DNA of 64,000 nucleotides from Methanobacteriota archaeon (lineage in GTDB: Archaea; Halobacteriota; Bog-38; Methanoflorentales; Methanoflorentaceae): assembly GCA_963719035.1 (NCBI GenBank), contig CAVRAO010000008.1, forward strand, positions 128,001 through 192,000, in the 5' to 3' direction. Numbering within the stretch: the first letter of the stretch is position 1; each line of letters begins with the position of its first letter. A model generated the notes under the pieces. It searched no databases. It was given only the letters and a program-made list of their open reading frames with translations, and was not told the origin of the DNA. Shown one piece after another: positions 23,841 through 34,889 of this stretch. A program made the translations under genes and the position numbers.

Positions 23841-25301
23841 ATTTCGGGTTATAACGCGACAAGCTTCGAGCAAGGCTTACCCCTCAAGAATGACGAGCGA
23901 CTCACGTTCGCGATACTCGGCGCAGGCAGCGTTGGCTTTCTCGTTGCCAAGGAACTCGCGCAACGCGGCCGGATGTTTACCATCATCGAAAAAAACGCGA
24001 AACGTGTTGAGACGCTTCGCGACCAGAATTTTGACGCGTACGTCGGCGACATAACAAAGAAGGAGGTCATCACGAACCTCCTAACCTCCGACCTTGAGAT
24101 CGTAATGATTCTAAGCTCCGACGTTAAAGCGAACATGGCCGCACTGAGTGCGATAAAGGAAAGAAAACCGGACGTTTTTGTCATCGTGCGTGCCGCTGAC
24201 CCCCTCAGCAAGGACAAGCTCGAAGAGTCCGGCGCGGATGCGGTCGTTTATCCATCGGCACTGATCGCGAACGCCACGCTGCACGATCTGCAGAAGGCCG
24301 AATCACAGCGGTCGGCGACTCGACTTCATCAGATCCTTAAAACCATAAAGACGCTCGGCATTCTCGTTCACGACAACCCCGATCCGGACTCGATAGCAAG
24401 TGCACTCGCGCTTCGGCAAATCGCCGCAAGCGTTGACACCGAGGCGACAATTATTTACCATGGGGAGATTAGCCGACAGGAAAACCGGGCATTTGTTAAC
24501 TTACTAGCTATTGACCTCGTCCACGTTGACGCAGTTGACCCGAGCGACTACGACATGCTCGCCTTGGTCGACACCGCCACCCCAGGGGCGAACAATCCGC
24601 TGACGAACTTGGACAACGTGGGGATTATCATTGACCATCACGAAGTTCCCGAACAAAACGTCCTCTACACTGATATCAGGGATGTTGGCTCAACCGCCAC
24701 GATACTGACTAGTTACCTCGAAGAACTCGACATTGACATCGACAAACGACTCGCCACGGCTTTGCTCTACGGTTTACGAATCGATACGCAGGACTACAAG
24801 GTCCACGTGACTCCAGCAGATCTTGCCGCTGCTACGACGCTCATGCAGCTCTCCGATAGAGAGGTCCTTATCCAAATCGAATCGCCAGCGATGTCGATGG
24901 AGACGGTCGACATAATAGGCGAGGCTATCCACAACAAACACATTACCGGGAGCTACCTCATCTCAAACGTTGGGTTTATCCATAACATTGACGCTCTCGC
25001 GCAGGCTGCCGATTACCTGCTCAACCTTGAGGGGGTAACCGTCGTCGCGGTCTTCGGGATGAATGACGAGAAGATTCACTTGTCTGCGCGGAGCAAGGAC
25101 ATACGAGTAAACATCGGTGCTGTGATGAACCAAGCGTTTGGCGATATAGGCTCGGCTGGCGGCCATTCAAACGCGGGTGCCGCGCAGATCCCTCTTGGAG
25201 TCTTTACGGGCGTCCGCGACCGCACGACACTGCTGCATCTCGTCGAAGAGGTCGTAACGCGCAGATTTTATGCGGAAATTGGCGTCGAACGAGGCGAGTA
25301 A
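23841..25301 (+). CDS. TrkA-N (NAD-binding) + DHH/DHHA1 phosphoesterase; true start lies upstream of ATG 23973
   Basis: In-frame ILGAGSVG at ~23913; HDNPDPD, IDHH, SARS and AGGH motifs; frame open back to the stop at 23835. Confidence 0.88.
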   Translation: MSGYNATSFEQGLPLKNDERLTFAILGAGSVGFLVAKELAQRGRMFTIIEKNAKRVETLRDQNFDAYVGDITKKEVITNLLTSDLEIVMILSSDVKANMAALSAIKERKPDVFVIVRAADPLSKDKLEESGADAVVYPSALIANATLHDLQKAESQRSATRLHQILKTIKTLGILVHDNPDPDSIASALALRQIAASVDTEATIIYHGEISRQENRAFVNLLAIDLVHVDAVDPSDYDMLALVDTATPGANNPLTNLDNVGIIIDHHEVPEQNVLYTDIRDVGSTATILTSYLEELDIDIDKRLATALLYGLRIDTQDYKVHVTPADLAAATTLMQLSDREVLIQIESPAMSMETVDIIGEAIHNKHITGSYLISNVGFIHNIDALAQAADYLLNLEGVTVVAVFGMNDEKIHLSARSKDIRVNIGAVMNQAFGDIGSAGGHSNAGAAQIPLGVFTGVRDRTTLLHLVEEVVTRRFYAEIGVERGE

Positions 25302-25401
25302 GCGCGGCTCTGCTCCTTATTTCTCAACTGCTGTGACCACATTTAAGTCCGCGTCGAAGCGTTGCAGCTTGACCCGATGCACACCTGAAAACTCGTCAAC
25401 T

Positions 25402-26478
25402 TTAGTCGCTGGCAACCTCTGAGGGGAGGGCGCGCAGTTGCTTAGCCTTGACAAACGCGATCAGGTCATCCACCGTGGGATGTACAGCACGCTTACTCGA
25501 AACGTAATAACCGGCTACCGCGTTCGCTAAGCAAAGACGAAACGCTGGCGTCAAGCCCAGAAGCTCACCAAAGATGTTGCCAGCGTTCCACGCATCGCCC
25601 GCGCCCGTAGATCGATGCAGTTCCACGTCAAATGCGGGGAAAAACGTCACGTTCTCGTCTATCGAGGCCACAAACGACGGGGTGTGGTAGTCAATCCGCG
25701 CGGCAACTCGCCGCTTAAACGCGATTGCACGTTCAACGGTAGCCTCACCTGCGTGCTGCCCCAGCTCGTTTTGATTCATGCTCAGCATATCGAGGTTTTT
25801 GTTCACGATGACGCGTTCAAAGAGCTCTGGAAGTTCGTAAATGCGAGGGCTCGGATCCGCTGAGTCAAAATACGTCTTGACGTTGTACTGCTTAGCGTAC
25901 TCGAACGTTTTCACTGCAAGATCAGTGCCACCAACGACGTTGGTGCCCCAGTCATAAACGGCCACGAGCTGGCTGCTCTCGATCAATTCGAGGTCGGCGT
26001 CGCGCAAGCTATCAAAAGTAAAGTCGTAGTTTGAGCCAACATCGTTGAGCATGACGTTGATTTTTCGCTCACCGATCTCAATCGCAAGGGTCTGCCCCAA
26101 CCTCCCGTCGGTCTTTGCGTGGGAGACGTCCATGCCGCTGTTCTGGGCGAAGAACTGCAAAACGTGATGTCCAAATTCGCTCGTCCTGCCGATGAAATGA
26201 GCGCTCAGCCCCAGTCGTGACAACGCGATTGCTGTGTTTACGGCGCCCCCGCCTGAGAGCACGTTTTGGACAAAGCCGGGTATATTTCCCCCACCCGCTT
26301 CGTACTTCGTTCGAAGCTGACCGTAAAAGGTGTTTAAATCGTCGACCTGAACGAAGTGATCTAAATAGAAGCTCGGCGTGCAAACGACGTGTTGCTTTTT
26401 CGTCTCTCTCACGTCGAGTCCCGTAAGGATCTGTATCAATTCGCGCTTGACGTCCTCGTGAACCGTTTTCAAGGCCAA
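25402..26478 (-). CDS. PfkB-family carbohydrate kinase
   Basis: GGGAVNTA.ALSRLG and STGAGDAWNAG signatures. Confidence 0.9.
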   Translation of the reverse strand: MALKTVHEDVKRELIQILTGLDVRETKKQHVVCTPSFYLDHFVQVDDLNTFYGQLRTKYEAGGGNIPGFVQNVLSGGGAVNTAIALSRLGLSAHFIGRTSEFGHHVLQFFAQNSGMDVSHAKTDGRLGQTLAIEIGERKINVMLNDVGSNYDFTFDSLRDADLELIESSQLVAVYDWGTNVVGGTDLAVKTFEYAKQYNVKTYFDSADPSPRIYELPELFERVIVNKNLDMLSMNQNELGQHAGEATVERAIAFKRRVAARIDYHTPSFVASIDENVTFFPAFDVELHRSTGAGDAWNAGNIFGELLGLTPAFRLCLANAVAGYYVSSKRAVHPTVDDLIAFVKAKQLRALPSEVASD

Positions 26479-26570
26479 CCTCCGCTGTAAATTCTAAAAG
26501 GGAATGTTATTTATACGTTTCTTACCGTACGCATACACGCATCTGCGGCGAAACGCCTTACGGAGATAGT

Positions 26571-27275
26571 ATGCCTATACGGAGTTCTTACGAACTGACG
26601 AGGCTTTTTTTGTCACTCTCAGACGTTAGCCGGCTCGACATCCTTAACCAGTTGTATGAACAAACGTCAGTCGTCGACATTTGCAGACGATTTGGTCTGC
26701 TCGTACACGAAGTGGTGCGACATCTCCGCCGGCTGGAAGACGTAGGACTCGTCCGTCAGCTCCCAAATGGCGACTACGTCATATCGGAATATGGAAAAGT
26801 GGTCATAACCTACGTCGAGGGCATAAGCGACGTCCAAGATTTGTTGGAATACTGGGAGCGCCACTCAGCAGCTGAACTTCCGGAGCACCTCAAACGTTTG
26901 CCGGCCGACCTTAGTGAGTTTTTTATCTCCGACGGTGACCTAGTCCTCCCAGAAGCAACGGATATAGTGCGCGAAGCGAAAAGCTTCCTATGGGTTTTGA
27001 ATTACGTCGTTGACGAGACAACGGTCAAGGCCTCCGCGATTGAAGTGCTCTGCAAACGCACGGCGACAACAGAGCGCCCCCCCGTTCGATGCATCGATGG
27101 CGTCAACACCGTGCTTCTGCTCAACGAATTTTGCGCGCTCATCTGCTTCCCACGGGTGACCACCAGAGAAGTATACGACATAGATATGTCGTGTGGATTT
27201 TTCGTCACTGCGACCCATATAACCTATAGACGCCTCGCCGAACTTTTTGATTTTTTCTGGGAAAGCAGCGACTAG
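26571..27275 (+). CDS. ArsR-like wHTH transcriptional regulator with C-terminal sensor domain
   Basis: LSDVSRLDIL...VRHLRRLEDVGLV; YWERH motif. Confidence 0.8.
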   Translation: MPIRSSYELTRLFLSLSDVSRLDILNQLYEQTSVVDICRRFGLLVHEVVRHLRRLEDVGLVRQLPNGDYVISEYGKVVITYVEGISDVQDLLEYWERHSAAELPEHLKRLPADLSEFFISDGDLVLPEATDIVREAKSFLWVLNYVVDETTVKASAIEVLCKRTATTERPPVRCIDGVNTVLLLNEFCALICFPRVTTREVYDIDMSCGFFVTATHITYRRLAELFDFFWESSD

Positions 27276-27328
27276 ATTGATTGAGGTAGTGATTTAAACA
27301 CGTAAATAGATTACAAAGCAGAGGAAAC

Positions 27329-27469
27329 ATGGCAAAAGATCCCGTTTGCAGTATGGACGTAGACGAAAAGATGGCAAAGTTCGTCAGTGAATATAAGGGT
27401 AAAAAATACTTTTTTTGCGCACCTGGCTGCAAGGCGATGTTTGACCGAGATCCGGAACATTTCATCTAA
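27329..27469 (+). CDS. YHS-domain small metal-binding protein (46 aa, not in the ORF track)
   Basis: MAKDPVCSMDVDEKMAKFVSEYKGKKYFFCAPGCKAMFDRDPEHFI. Confidence 0.92.
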   Translation: MAKDPVCSMDVDEKMAKFVSEYKGKKYFFCAPGCKAMFDRDPEHFI

Positions 27470-27534
27470 GCTCAGGATAACGATCGCTCACTGCCAGAAG
27501 CGCAATTTCTTTTTTCCGGCGCAGACCAGTCGTC

Positions 27535-28323
27535 CTAGCGCACGTTTCGAAACAGAAGAGACCCGACAATAGTCATCAACACGAAAAAGCCGAATACGAC
27601 TGCCAGATCGAGCATCAGAGAATATGTATGCAAGCCGGTAACCGCGTAGCGCAGCGCATCGACGCTATATGCGAGCGGGTTGATGTCTACGAGGACCTTC
27701 ATCCAGTCGGGTAGCGACGTGACGGGGAAGAATGCCCCGCTTAGGAAAAATATTGGAAGCACCAAGAGGTTAGCGACTACTTGAAAGCCCTCGATATTCT
27801 CAAGCCGTGAGGCGATGCTGATACCGAGCCCGACAAAACCCATGCCGGTGAAGAACATCGTCACGAGAATGAGCGCCAGGGCCCCGGCGAGTCCGAGCGG
27901 GCCCGATATCTTTACGCCGATCAGCGTGGAAAGGGCAAGTATCAGCAGGGCCTGTATCGACGCTTGCGTTGTGCCGCCGAGGGCTTTTCCCAGGACGATT
28001 GACGTCCGCGACACAGGAGCAACGAGAATCTCTTTCAGGAAGCCAAATTCCTTGTCGAACATAACGCTCATCCCGGCAAAAATCGAGGTAAAGAGTACCG
28101 TCATGCCGAGGATCCCGGGCGCAAGAAAGTTGATGTAGTTCGTGCTACCGCCAGGCCCACCGAACGATAGCGATGAGCTAAATCCCGACCCGAATATAAT
28201 GAGCCACAGAAGCGGAGTAATAAGAGAGGTAACGACCCGCGACCGAGCGCGGATATACCGGATCATTTCCCTGAGCCAAATCGAATAGATATCACCCATA
28301 AACTCTATTCGCCCGTTTGGCAT
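27535..28323 (-). CDS. ABC-2 type exporter permease (DrrB-like)
   Basis: DKEFGFLKEILVAPVSR, FLSGAFFP, NPLAY; six TM segments. Confidence 0.92.
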   Translation of the reverse strand: MPNGRIEFMGDIYSIWLREMIRYIRARSRVVTSLITPLLWLIIFGSGFSSSLSFGGPGGSTNYINFLAPGILGMTVLFTSIFAGMSVMFDKEFGFLKEILVAPVSRTSIVLGKALGGTTQASIQALLILALSTLIGVKISGPLGLAGALALILVTMFFTGMGFVGLGISIASRLENIEGFQVVANLLVLPIFFLSGAFFPVTSLPDWMKVLVDINPLAYSVDALRYAVTGLHTYSLMLDLAVVFGFFVLMTIVGSLLFRNVR

Positions 28324-28325
28324 CT

Positions 28326-29306
28326 CTATCGTCTCCCTGGACCGTACCCGGCGAAACCGCCGGCAGCTTCTTGAGCCCGAATCTCGCGTCCTGTGTACTT
28401 GATAAATATGTCCTCCAACGTCGGCTCATGGAGTGAAATCGAGGGCACGGCGATCCCTTCTTGACGCGCCACATCCAAAAAGACCGGTATCGCGGTCTCG
28501 CCCTTATCAACGCTCAGCCGCAGCGTGCCGTCGACCAGTTGCGTTGACTTGACGACATCGAGCTGTTCGAGCTTGGCCTTAAGCTGCTCACCCCCATTTG
28601 GCACTTTCATAATCACGATGTCGCCTCCGACGTCGTGCTTAAGGTTATCCGGCGTGTCCATCGCTACAATCTTTCCGTGATCCACTATGGCAACGCGATC
28701 GCACAGCTGATCGGCTTCGTCCATATAGTGCGTCGTCAAGATCATGGTGATCTGCTTTTCCTTGTTGAGCCGCCCGATGTACTCCCAGATGTGCCGGCGG
28801 GTTTGAGGATCAAGACCTAGCGTAGGTTCGTCGAGAAAGAGGACTTTCGGGTGGTGAAGCAAACCGCGCGCGATTTCCAAACGCCGTTTCATCCCTCCAG
28901 AGTACTTCTTCACGATGACGTCGGCCTTGTCGCTCAGTTCGACAAGTTCGAGCACGTCATTTATTCTCCCTGCTATTTCACCGCGCGGCACTTTATAGAG
29001 CCGGCCGTGGAAATCGAGATTTTCCCTGCCCGTCAGGTTATCATCGAGACTCGGATCCTGGAACACGATCCCTATTAGTCCCCGCACGATATCGGGTTCT
29101 TTTCTCACGTCGTGTCCGTAGATACTTGCCGAACCGCTCGTAGGCCTCACTATAGTACACAACATCGAGATCGTAGTTGTCTTGCCCGCACCGTTTGGGC
29201 CAAGTAATCCGAACAGTTCGCCTTCGTCAATTTCAAGAGTGATGCCCTTAACGGCTTCAACGTTCTCGAATCGTTTGAACAGGTCCTTAGTTTCGATAGC
29301 TTTCAT
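28326..29306 (-). CDS. ABC exporter ATP-binding protein (DrrA-like)
   Basis: GPNGAGKTT, YSGGMKRRL, LDEPTLGLD, TTHYMDEA. Confidence 0.95.
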   Translation of the reverse strand: MKAIETKDLFKRFENVEAVKGITLEIDEGELFGLLGPNGAGKTTTISMLCTIVRPTSGSASIYGHDVRKEPDIVRGLIGIVFQDPSLDDNLTGRENLDFHGRLYKVPRGEIAGRINDVLELVELSDKADVIVKKYSGGMKRRLEIARGLLHHPKVLFLDEPTLGLDPQTRRHIWEYIGRLNKEKQITMILTTHYMDEADQLCDRVAIVDHGKIVAMDTPDNLKHDVGGDIVIMKVPNGGEQLKAKLEQLDVVKSTQLVDGTLRLSVDKGETAIPVFLDVARQEGIAVPSISLHEPTLEDIFIKYTGREIRAQEAAGGFAGYGPGRR

Positions 29307-29551
29307 GAGTACTCACAGTGCATCAAGGCGCATTTGAAAATCAAAATGTAGCTAACACTGCACGCTATATTTATCAGTTTTAGCATATATATAACGTGTT
29401 GATATATTGATCGCCAATACAATGCGTTTTTTCCCCCTCGTTGCGCCCCTTAAGGGCCTTATCGCCTACAGAAACGCTATTAGACCGCACGGTTACTCAT
29501 AACGTTAAAGTACTAAAATGGCAAAGGGTATGTGCCAATGATTAGAAACGG

Positions 29552-30859
29552 ATGATCACAATGGAGTATTGGAATCCCAACATCGAACGTTTGCCAGAAG
29601 AAGAGCTCAGACAGCTGCAGGAACGCAAGCTTCGACGGCTGGTCGAAAACGCGTTCGAATATTCCAGTTTTTACAAGGAACGCTTTGGATCGGCCGGTAT
29701 TTCACCAAATGATATTCGGTCACTTGAAGATCTCCCAAAGCTGCCGTTTACCCACAAAACGGATCTGCGCGACACCTACCCGACTGGCATGTTCTCGGTT
29801 CCGCAGAGCCAGATCGTGCGATTTCACGTTTCAAGCGGCACGACGGGCGTACCGACCGTCGTCGGTTACACCGCTAACGACATCGACGTGTGGTCAACGT
29901 GCTTAGCACGTTCACTAACGGCGTGTGGGTTGGGACGGGGTGACGTTGTCCAAGTTGCATATGGCTACGGTCTGTTTACAGGCGGGCTCGGCCTCCACTA
30001 CGGGGTGGAAAAGATCGGCGCAACCGTTCTACCTATAGGCGCTGGCACGACGACGAGACAGATAAGCCTCATGAAAGACCTCGGAACGACAGCCATCGCC
30101 TGCACGCCATCGTACCTCCTCCACATCGCCGAAGTCGCTGAGTCAATGAACGTCGATATAGCCTCGCAAACTAAACTACGAGCGGGCATCTTAGGAGCTG
30201 AGCCCTGGTCGCTCGAATCGCGAAAACGCATTGAGCAGAGCCTTGGGATAAAAGCGTATGACATCTACGGCACGTCTGAAATGAGCGGTCCGCTCTTTAC
30301 CGAGTGTTCCGCGCAGAATGGCATTCACGTGTGGGCAGATCACTTCTTGCTTGAAATTGTCGACGATCGCGGCAGTCCAGTAAAGCAGGGAGAGAAGGGA
30401 GAACTCGTCGTCACGACGCTCTCAAAAGAGGCGCTCCCACTCATACGTTACAGGATGGGAGACGTCACGTCGCTCGTGTGGGAGGAGTGCGAGTGCGGAC
30501 GGACGCATCCGAAAATTATGCGCATTCAAGGGCGTGTCGACGATATGATCGTTATCAGAGGCATCAACGTGTTTCCAAGCCAGATCGAATCGGTGCTCAT
30601 GCAGATTCCTGAAGTCGGCGACCACTTCCAGATCGTGGTCGATCGCGAAGGCCCTATGGATATCATGACGGTGAAGGTTGAAGTCACGGAAAGTGCACTG
30701 AGCGACAGAATCAGCGCGCTCATGCAGCTCGAGGAACGGATAGCAAAGCAGCTCCGAGAAGTGCTGATGGTGAACGCAAAAGTAGAGCTCGTGGAACGTG
30801 GAACGCTACCGCGATCGTCCGGCAAGTCGCAAAAGGTCATCGATCTCCGCGAGGTTTAG
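29552..30859 (+). CDS. paaK: Phenylacetate-CoA ligase family protein
   Basis: SSGTTG, YGYGLFTGGLG, DIYGTSE, RYRMGD, GRVDDMIVIRGINVFP. Confidence 0.92.
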   Translation: MITMEYWNPNIERLPEEELRQLQERKLRRLVENAFEYSSFYKERFGSAGISPNDIRSLEDLPKLPFTHKTDLRDTYPTGMFSVPQSQIVRFHVSSGTTGVPTVVGYTANDIDVWSTCLARSLTACGLGRGDVVQVAYGYGLFTGGLGLHYGVEKIGATVLPIGAGTTTRQISLMKDLGTTAIACTPSYLLHIAEVAESMNVDIASQTKLRAGILGAEPWSLESRKRIEQSLGIKAYDIYGTSEMSGPLFTECSAQNGIHVWADHFLLEIVDDRGSPVKQGEKGELVVTTLSKEALPLIRYRMGDVTSLVWEECECGRTHPKIMRIQGRVDDMIVIRGINVFPSQIESVLMQIPEVGDHFQIVVDREGPMDIMTVKVEVTESALSDRISALMQLEERIAKQLREVLMVNAKVELVERGTLPRSSGKSQKVIDLREV

Positions 30860-30871
30860 CATTCAAAGTTA

Positions 30872-31312
30872 GTGATGCGAATGATCCAAAACAAAGTATT
30901 GAAGCAAATCACGTTGTTCGCAGAGAACAAACCCGGTCGACTAACAAGCGCGACGAAAATCCTTTCTGAAAACGGAATCAACATCCGTGCTTTTACGATC
31001 GCTGACACCGGTGAGTTTGGCATAATTCGGTTCGTGGTCGATGACGCAGACGCGGCCTTGCGCTACTTACAAAGCGCAGGGTTCACCGTATCTGAAACCA
31101 AGGTACTCGGTCTCGAAATGCCGGACAAGCCCGGGGCCTTGTTTGAGATCAGCAGTGCTCTTTCCGACAACGGGATAAACGTCGACTACGCTTACGCTTA
31201 TGCGAGTGCAACGCCTGGTAAAGCAATCCTGATTTTCCAAGCGAGCGACCTTACGACAGCAGCCAAATTGCTCACCGAACGTGGCTTCCAGCTTGTCGAG
31301 TCCTCGCCGTAA
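30872..31312 (+). CDS. Tandem ACT-domain protein
   Basis: KQITLFAENKPGRL...GINIRAFTIADT; classic paaK neighbour. Confidence 0.9.
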   Translation: MMRMIQNKVLKQITLFAENKPGRLTSATKILSENGINIRAFTIADTGEFGIIRFVVDDADAALRYLQSAGFTVSETKVLGLEMPDKPGALFEISSALSDNGINVDYAYAYASATPGKAILIFQASDLTTAAKLLTERGFQLVESSP

Positions 31313-31555
31313 AGCGATTCGAATGATGGTGTCTGCAAGCTTGTAACGACGAACGAGGGCGCTATCGTCATAGATGCAATCGCTGCTTGGTAAGGCGATC
31401 ACCCCGAACACAATGGAATCAGAGAGGGTCACGCGGACGACCGCTTTACCCAAAAGCGTGCGATCACACCGCAAGTCGGCAAATATTGAAATCAAACGCG
31501 CACGACATTACTATATGAGAAAGTGTGATAAACGCCAAGGCCTAACTAAGCATCA

Positions 31556-32920
31556 ATGCAGCTCGAGACTGTGAAGGCAAAAGGTCTTGCCCATAACAGC
31601 TACTTCCTTTCTGACCGTGGCGAGGCGATCGTTATTGATCCTCGCCGAGATTGTGCTAGATATGCGAAGCTTGGGGTCCGAGAGTGCGCCCAAATCAAAT
31701 TTATCTTTGAGTCGCACTGCAATGAAGACTTAGTTGTTGGCTCGCTCGACTTGCAGCGGCAGACGGGTGCAGAAATCGGACATAGCAAAGAAACGCGTTT
31801 TCGATATGGAGACCACAATCTCGCTGACGGCGAGACTTTCTATGTTGGCGATCTCAAAGTTGAGGTCCTAAGCACGCCCGGACATACCAACGATAGCCTA
31901 TGCTTCGTTGTCTATGAACGTCTGCACAGCGATACGCCGTTATTCGTATTTACGGGCGACACGCTGCTTGCGGGCGACGTCGGGCGGACTGATCTCCTCG
32001 GAGCGGAACAGACCGTCTCACAGTCAAAAAAGCTCTATCGCAGCATTTTTGAACGGATTTTGCAGCTTGGCGATCATGTGGCTGTGTACCCTGCTCACGG
32101 CGCAGGAAGCGTTTGCGGACACAATATGAGCACACGGGATATAAGCGTGCTCGGCTACGAACGGCGAATGAATCCGTTACTCCAGCTAGACGAAGAACGT
32201 TTCGTGCGCTATTTGACCGGGCTGCACCTTTCACTCCCACCTTACTTCCGTAGAGCGCGTGACCTAAATCTCGAAGGCCCACCGCCGATGCCACATGCTG
32301 TTCGCGAGGTCAACCCAGACGAATTTGACAATCTCGTCAAAGGAGGAATAACCGTTATTGATACCCGCGAGCCAGGGGCGTTTGCCAGCTCGCATGTGCC
32401 TGGATCACTTAGCATTTGGCTTGACGGCACAAGCTTCTTTCCTGGATGGGTGCTTGGCGTCGATGAGTCAGTCGCGCTCGTGACAGAGAGCCCGTCTGAT
32501 GCCGCGGTTGCTCGAACGTATTTGAGCCGGCTCGGCTTTGACGATGTCGCAGCCCACCTCTGCAACGGAATACCCGATTGGCGCAACCGAGGAAAGCCAA
32601 TTGCGCGACTCAAGACGTGTTCCGTTGATCTTCTGAAAAAGGCCCTAGATCGGAATGCCGTTAGTGTGCTCGACGTCCGTGAAGAGCCAGAATGGCGGGA
32701 GGGGCACATCGAAGGAGCCGCGCACCTCTTTGTCGGCCATCTGCAACAGAATCCAGAGGATATACCGCGGAACAAACCCCTCGCGATCCACTGTTCGTGG
32801 GGGGGGCGCGCGAGCCTTGCCGCAAGCATTTTATCGAGACTCGGGCTCGTAAACGTCTACGTCGTTCTTGGCGCGATCAGAGCTTGGAAAAGCCGCGGAT
32901 ATCCGCTCAAGCGCGGATAG
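31556..32920 (+). CDS. MBL-fold hydrolase / persulfide dioxygenase-like protein with two rhodanese domains
   Basis: TPGHT, FTGDTL..GDVGRTD, PAHGAGSVCG; IDTR..F..SHVPG; DVRE..EW..GHIEGA..HCSWGGRA. Confidence 0.9.
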   Translation: MQLETVKAKGLAHNSYFLSDRGEAIVIDPRRDCARYAKLGVRECAQIKFIFESHCNEDLVVGSLDLQRQTGAEIGHSKETRFRYGDHNLADGETFYVGDLKVEVLSTPGHTNDSLCFVVYERLHSDTPLFVFTGDTLLAGDVGRTDLLGAEQTVSQSKKLYRSIFERILQLGDHVAVYPAHGAGSVCGHNMSTRDISVLGYERRMNPLLQLDEERFVRYLTGLHLSLPPYFRRARDLNLEGPPPMPHAVREVNPDEFDNLVKGGITVIDTREPGAFASSHVPGSLSIWLDGTSFFPGWVLGVDESVALVTESPSDAAVARTYLSRLGFDDVAAHLCNGIPDWRNRGKPIARLKTCSVDLLKKALDRNAVSVLDVREEPEWREGHIEGAAHLFVGHLQQNPEDIPRNKPLAIHCSWGGRASLAASILSRLGLVNVYVVLGAIRAWKSRGYPLKRG

Positions 32921-33125
32921 GATTGTGTCCGGGCAATCAATGTGCTCATAGCCGCTCGATGCAAGTTTCTCGATGAAGAGCTCGTCGTTCGTCTTATTTC
33001 TTAAAAACAGCCTTGTATGATAAAAGAGGGGACGATTCCGTTACCATGCAGCTCAGACATCTTGAGCGGCTTTGTACAAAGACTGCGCGAACCGAGACTC
33101 GCCTACGCTACGCAGTGTCGTCTCT

Positions 33126-33482
33126 TCACGTTCGGCGCTGTGTGTCACGCCACGCTGTCATGCCACCTTTCAAAACAAAGACTCGCTCAAATCCCGATTC
33201 CTGAAGCATTCGAGCTGCAGTCTCTGAGCGTTTCCCCGTGCGGCACACAACGATAATACCTTCCCCTTCGCGTTTCGAGAGCTCCCCTATACGCTGTTCA
33301 AGCTGTTGAAGCGGAATGTTCACCGCATCAGGCAATCGTCCCAACTCGCCCTCAAGTTCGTGCGGGGCGCGAACATCGAGCACCAGACATGCCGGCTCCG
33401 TCTTTAGTCTTCGCGCAAGTTCAGCCGGCGTCAAATAGACTAGGCGAATCTTATCACGCGTATTCTGATTCCTATTTACCAC
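33126..33482 (-). CDS. Single-domain rhodanese
   Basis: LDVRAPHE, VCRTGKRS, LKGGMTAW. Confidence 0.9.
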   Translation of the reverse strand: MVNRNQNTRDKIRLVYLTPAELARRLKTEPACLVLDVRAPHELEGELGRLPDAVNIPLQQLEQRIGELSKREGEGIIVVCRTGKRSETAARMLQESGFERVFVLKGGMTAWRDTQRRT

Positions 33483-33569
33483 AGGATCCTCGATTGTGCC
33501 CTCACGGCTTACGATGCCATTCGCCCCCCATGGGGCTTTCTTTACTAAAGCGCTTCAACTGACGTCGAT

Positions 33570-34265
33570 TTACTCTTCGAGCTCTTTATAACAGAACCAA
33601 AAGTCGTAATTATCATACATCTTGACACGTTCTTTGGCAGTCTTTTCGTCGGCTGGTGCAGGAATAAGGACTTTCTTCCCGATAAGCTCATTTTGAGGCC
33701 ATCCCGCGGGCATTGCGACCCCATATTTATCTGCGGTTTGGAGGGCTGTCACGGCCCTAAGTATTTCGTCCATATTTCTGCCGACTTCTTGTGGATAATA
33801 GATTATCAAACGAACGACGCTTTTAGGATCAACGATGAATACTGCGCGCACGGTATTTGACGCCTTACCCGGGTGAATCATTCCCAGCATCGAAGCGACC
33901 TTACCCGTATCAGCAATTATCGGGAACGGAATTTCAACGTCCATGTTCTGTTGGATCCACTCGGTCCACTTCATGTGCGAGATGACTTGATCAATGGACA
34001 GTCCAATGAGTTTGCAGTCTAGCTTCTTAAACTGGTCATACCGTTTGGCGAAGGCCACAAACTCGGTCGTGCACACCGGCGTAAAATCTGCAGGGTGACT
34101 GAAAAGCACGAACCACTTGCCGCTAAAAGCATCAGGCAGCGTCATCTTGCCGTGGGTCGTTTGGACTTCGATTTGCGGGAATTTGTCACCGATTAACGGC
34201 ATTCCTGGCGCAGCTGGTGCGCTTTTTGCTGCGCTCATTCCAGCGCTCGCGGTACTCGATTGCAT
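33570..34265 (-). CDS. Peroxiredoxin (Prx6/archaeal type)
   Basis: [25 protein letters not shown]-terminal WFC. Confidence 0.95.
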   Translation of the reverse strand: MQSSTASAGMSAAKSAPAAPGMPLIGDKFPQIEVQTTHGKMTLPDAFSGKWFVLFSHPADFTPVCTTEFVAFAKRYDQFKKLDCKLIGLSIDQVISHMKWTEWIQQNMDVEIPFPIIADTGKVASMLGMIHPGKASNTVRAVFIVDPKSVVRLIIYYPQEVGRNMDEILRAVTALQTADKYGVAMPAGWPQNELIGKKVLIPAPADEKTAKERVKMYDNYDFWFCYKELEE

Positions 34266-34889
34266 ACAATCCGATTTCAAAGCGCGCATATATATACATT
34301 ATACAAAACCGTGAGCAGCGCGAGCCAAATCATGAAGCGAAAGAAACGTTGCACCTCACTACATGCACGAGCAGCTTCCCATTTGTGTGAGAGAGATGGG
34401 GAGGAGCGACCTGTGAGAGTTATCAAACGAAAAAAAGTCTTTGAAGTGTCCGACGTGTCCGGTCGTGCAATGTTGCACGCCCTTGGAGCAATCACTACAT
34501 GTTCGGTTCGCTGCGTTCAGGATACGTTCCAACGTTTTTTTAAACAGCCCGTGCCCAAGAGCGCGCCTTCGGGCTTTTTCTTGGTCCTTTGCCCAGTCTA
34601 GCCCGCGGCTGAAGCGAAAAGAGCGTTCTTTGGCGTTAACGGCGTGCTGGTGAGTTTGTCCACGCGCACTTCTAAGGAGAGAAGCGACTCGTCGACAAGC
34701 CGAACCGTCTGGTATTGTCCGTGTCGAGCGGCGCCACTAAAAACAAGTTTAAGAAGCGCTCAATCTGGCAATTTGCGGGTAATTCACTAATTAACAGCAT
34801 CAAAACGTTTTTATACCTTAGAAAAAGATTAATTACAGCACAGATGAATAGCGAAAGCTCTTATCCGTGCTACGTAAAGGAGATGAATC

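Noticed and set aside
29361-29400. ModE-like box CGCTATAT..ATATAACG
   Set aside because: Spacing is too long; better explained as TATA elements of the divergent ABC/paaK promoters
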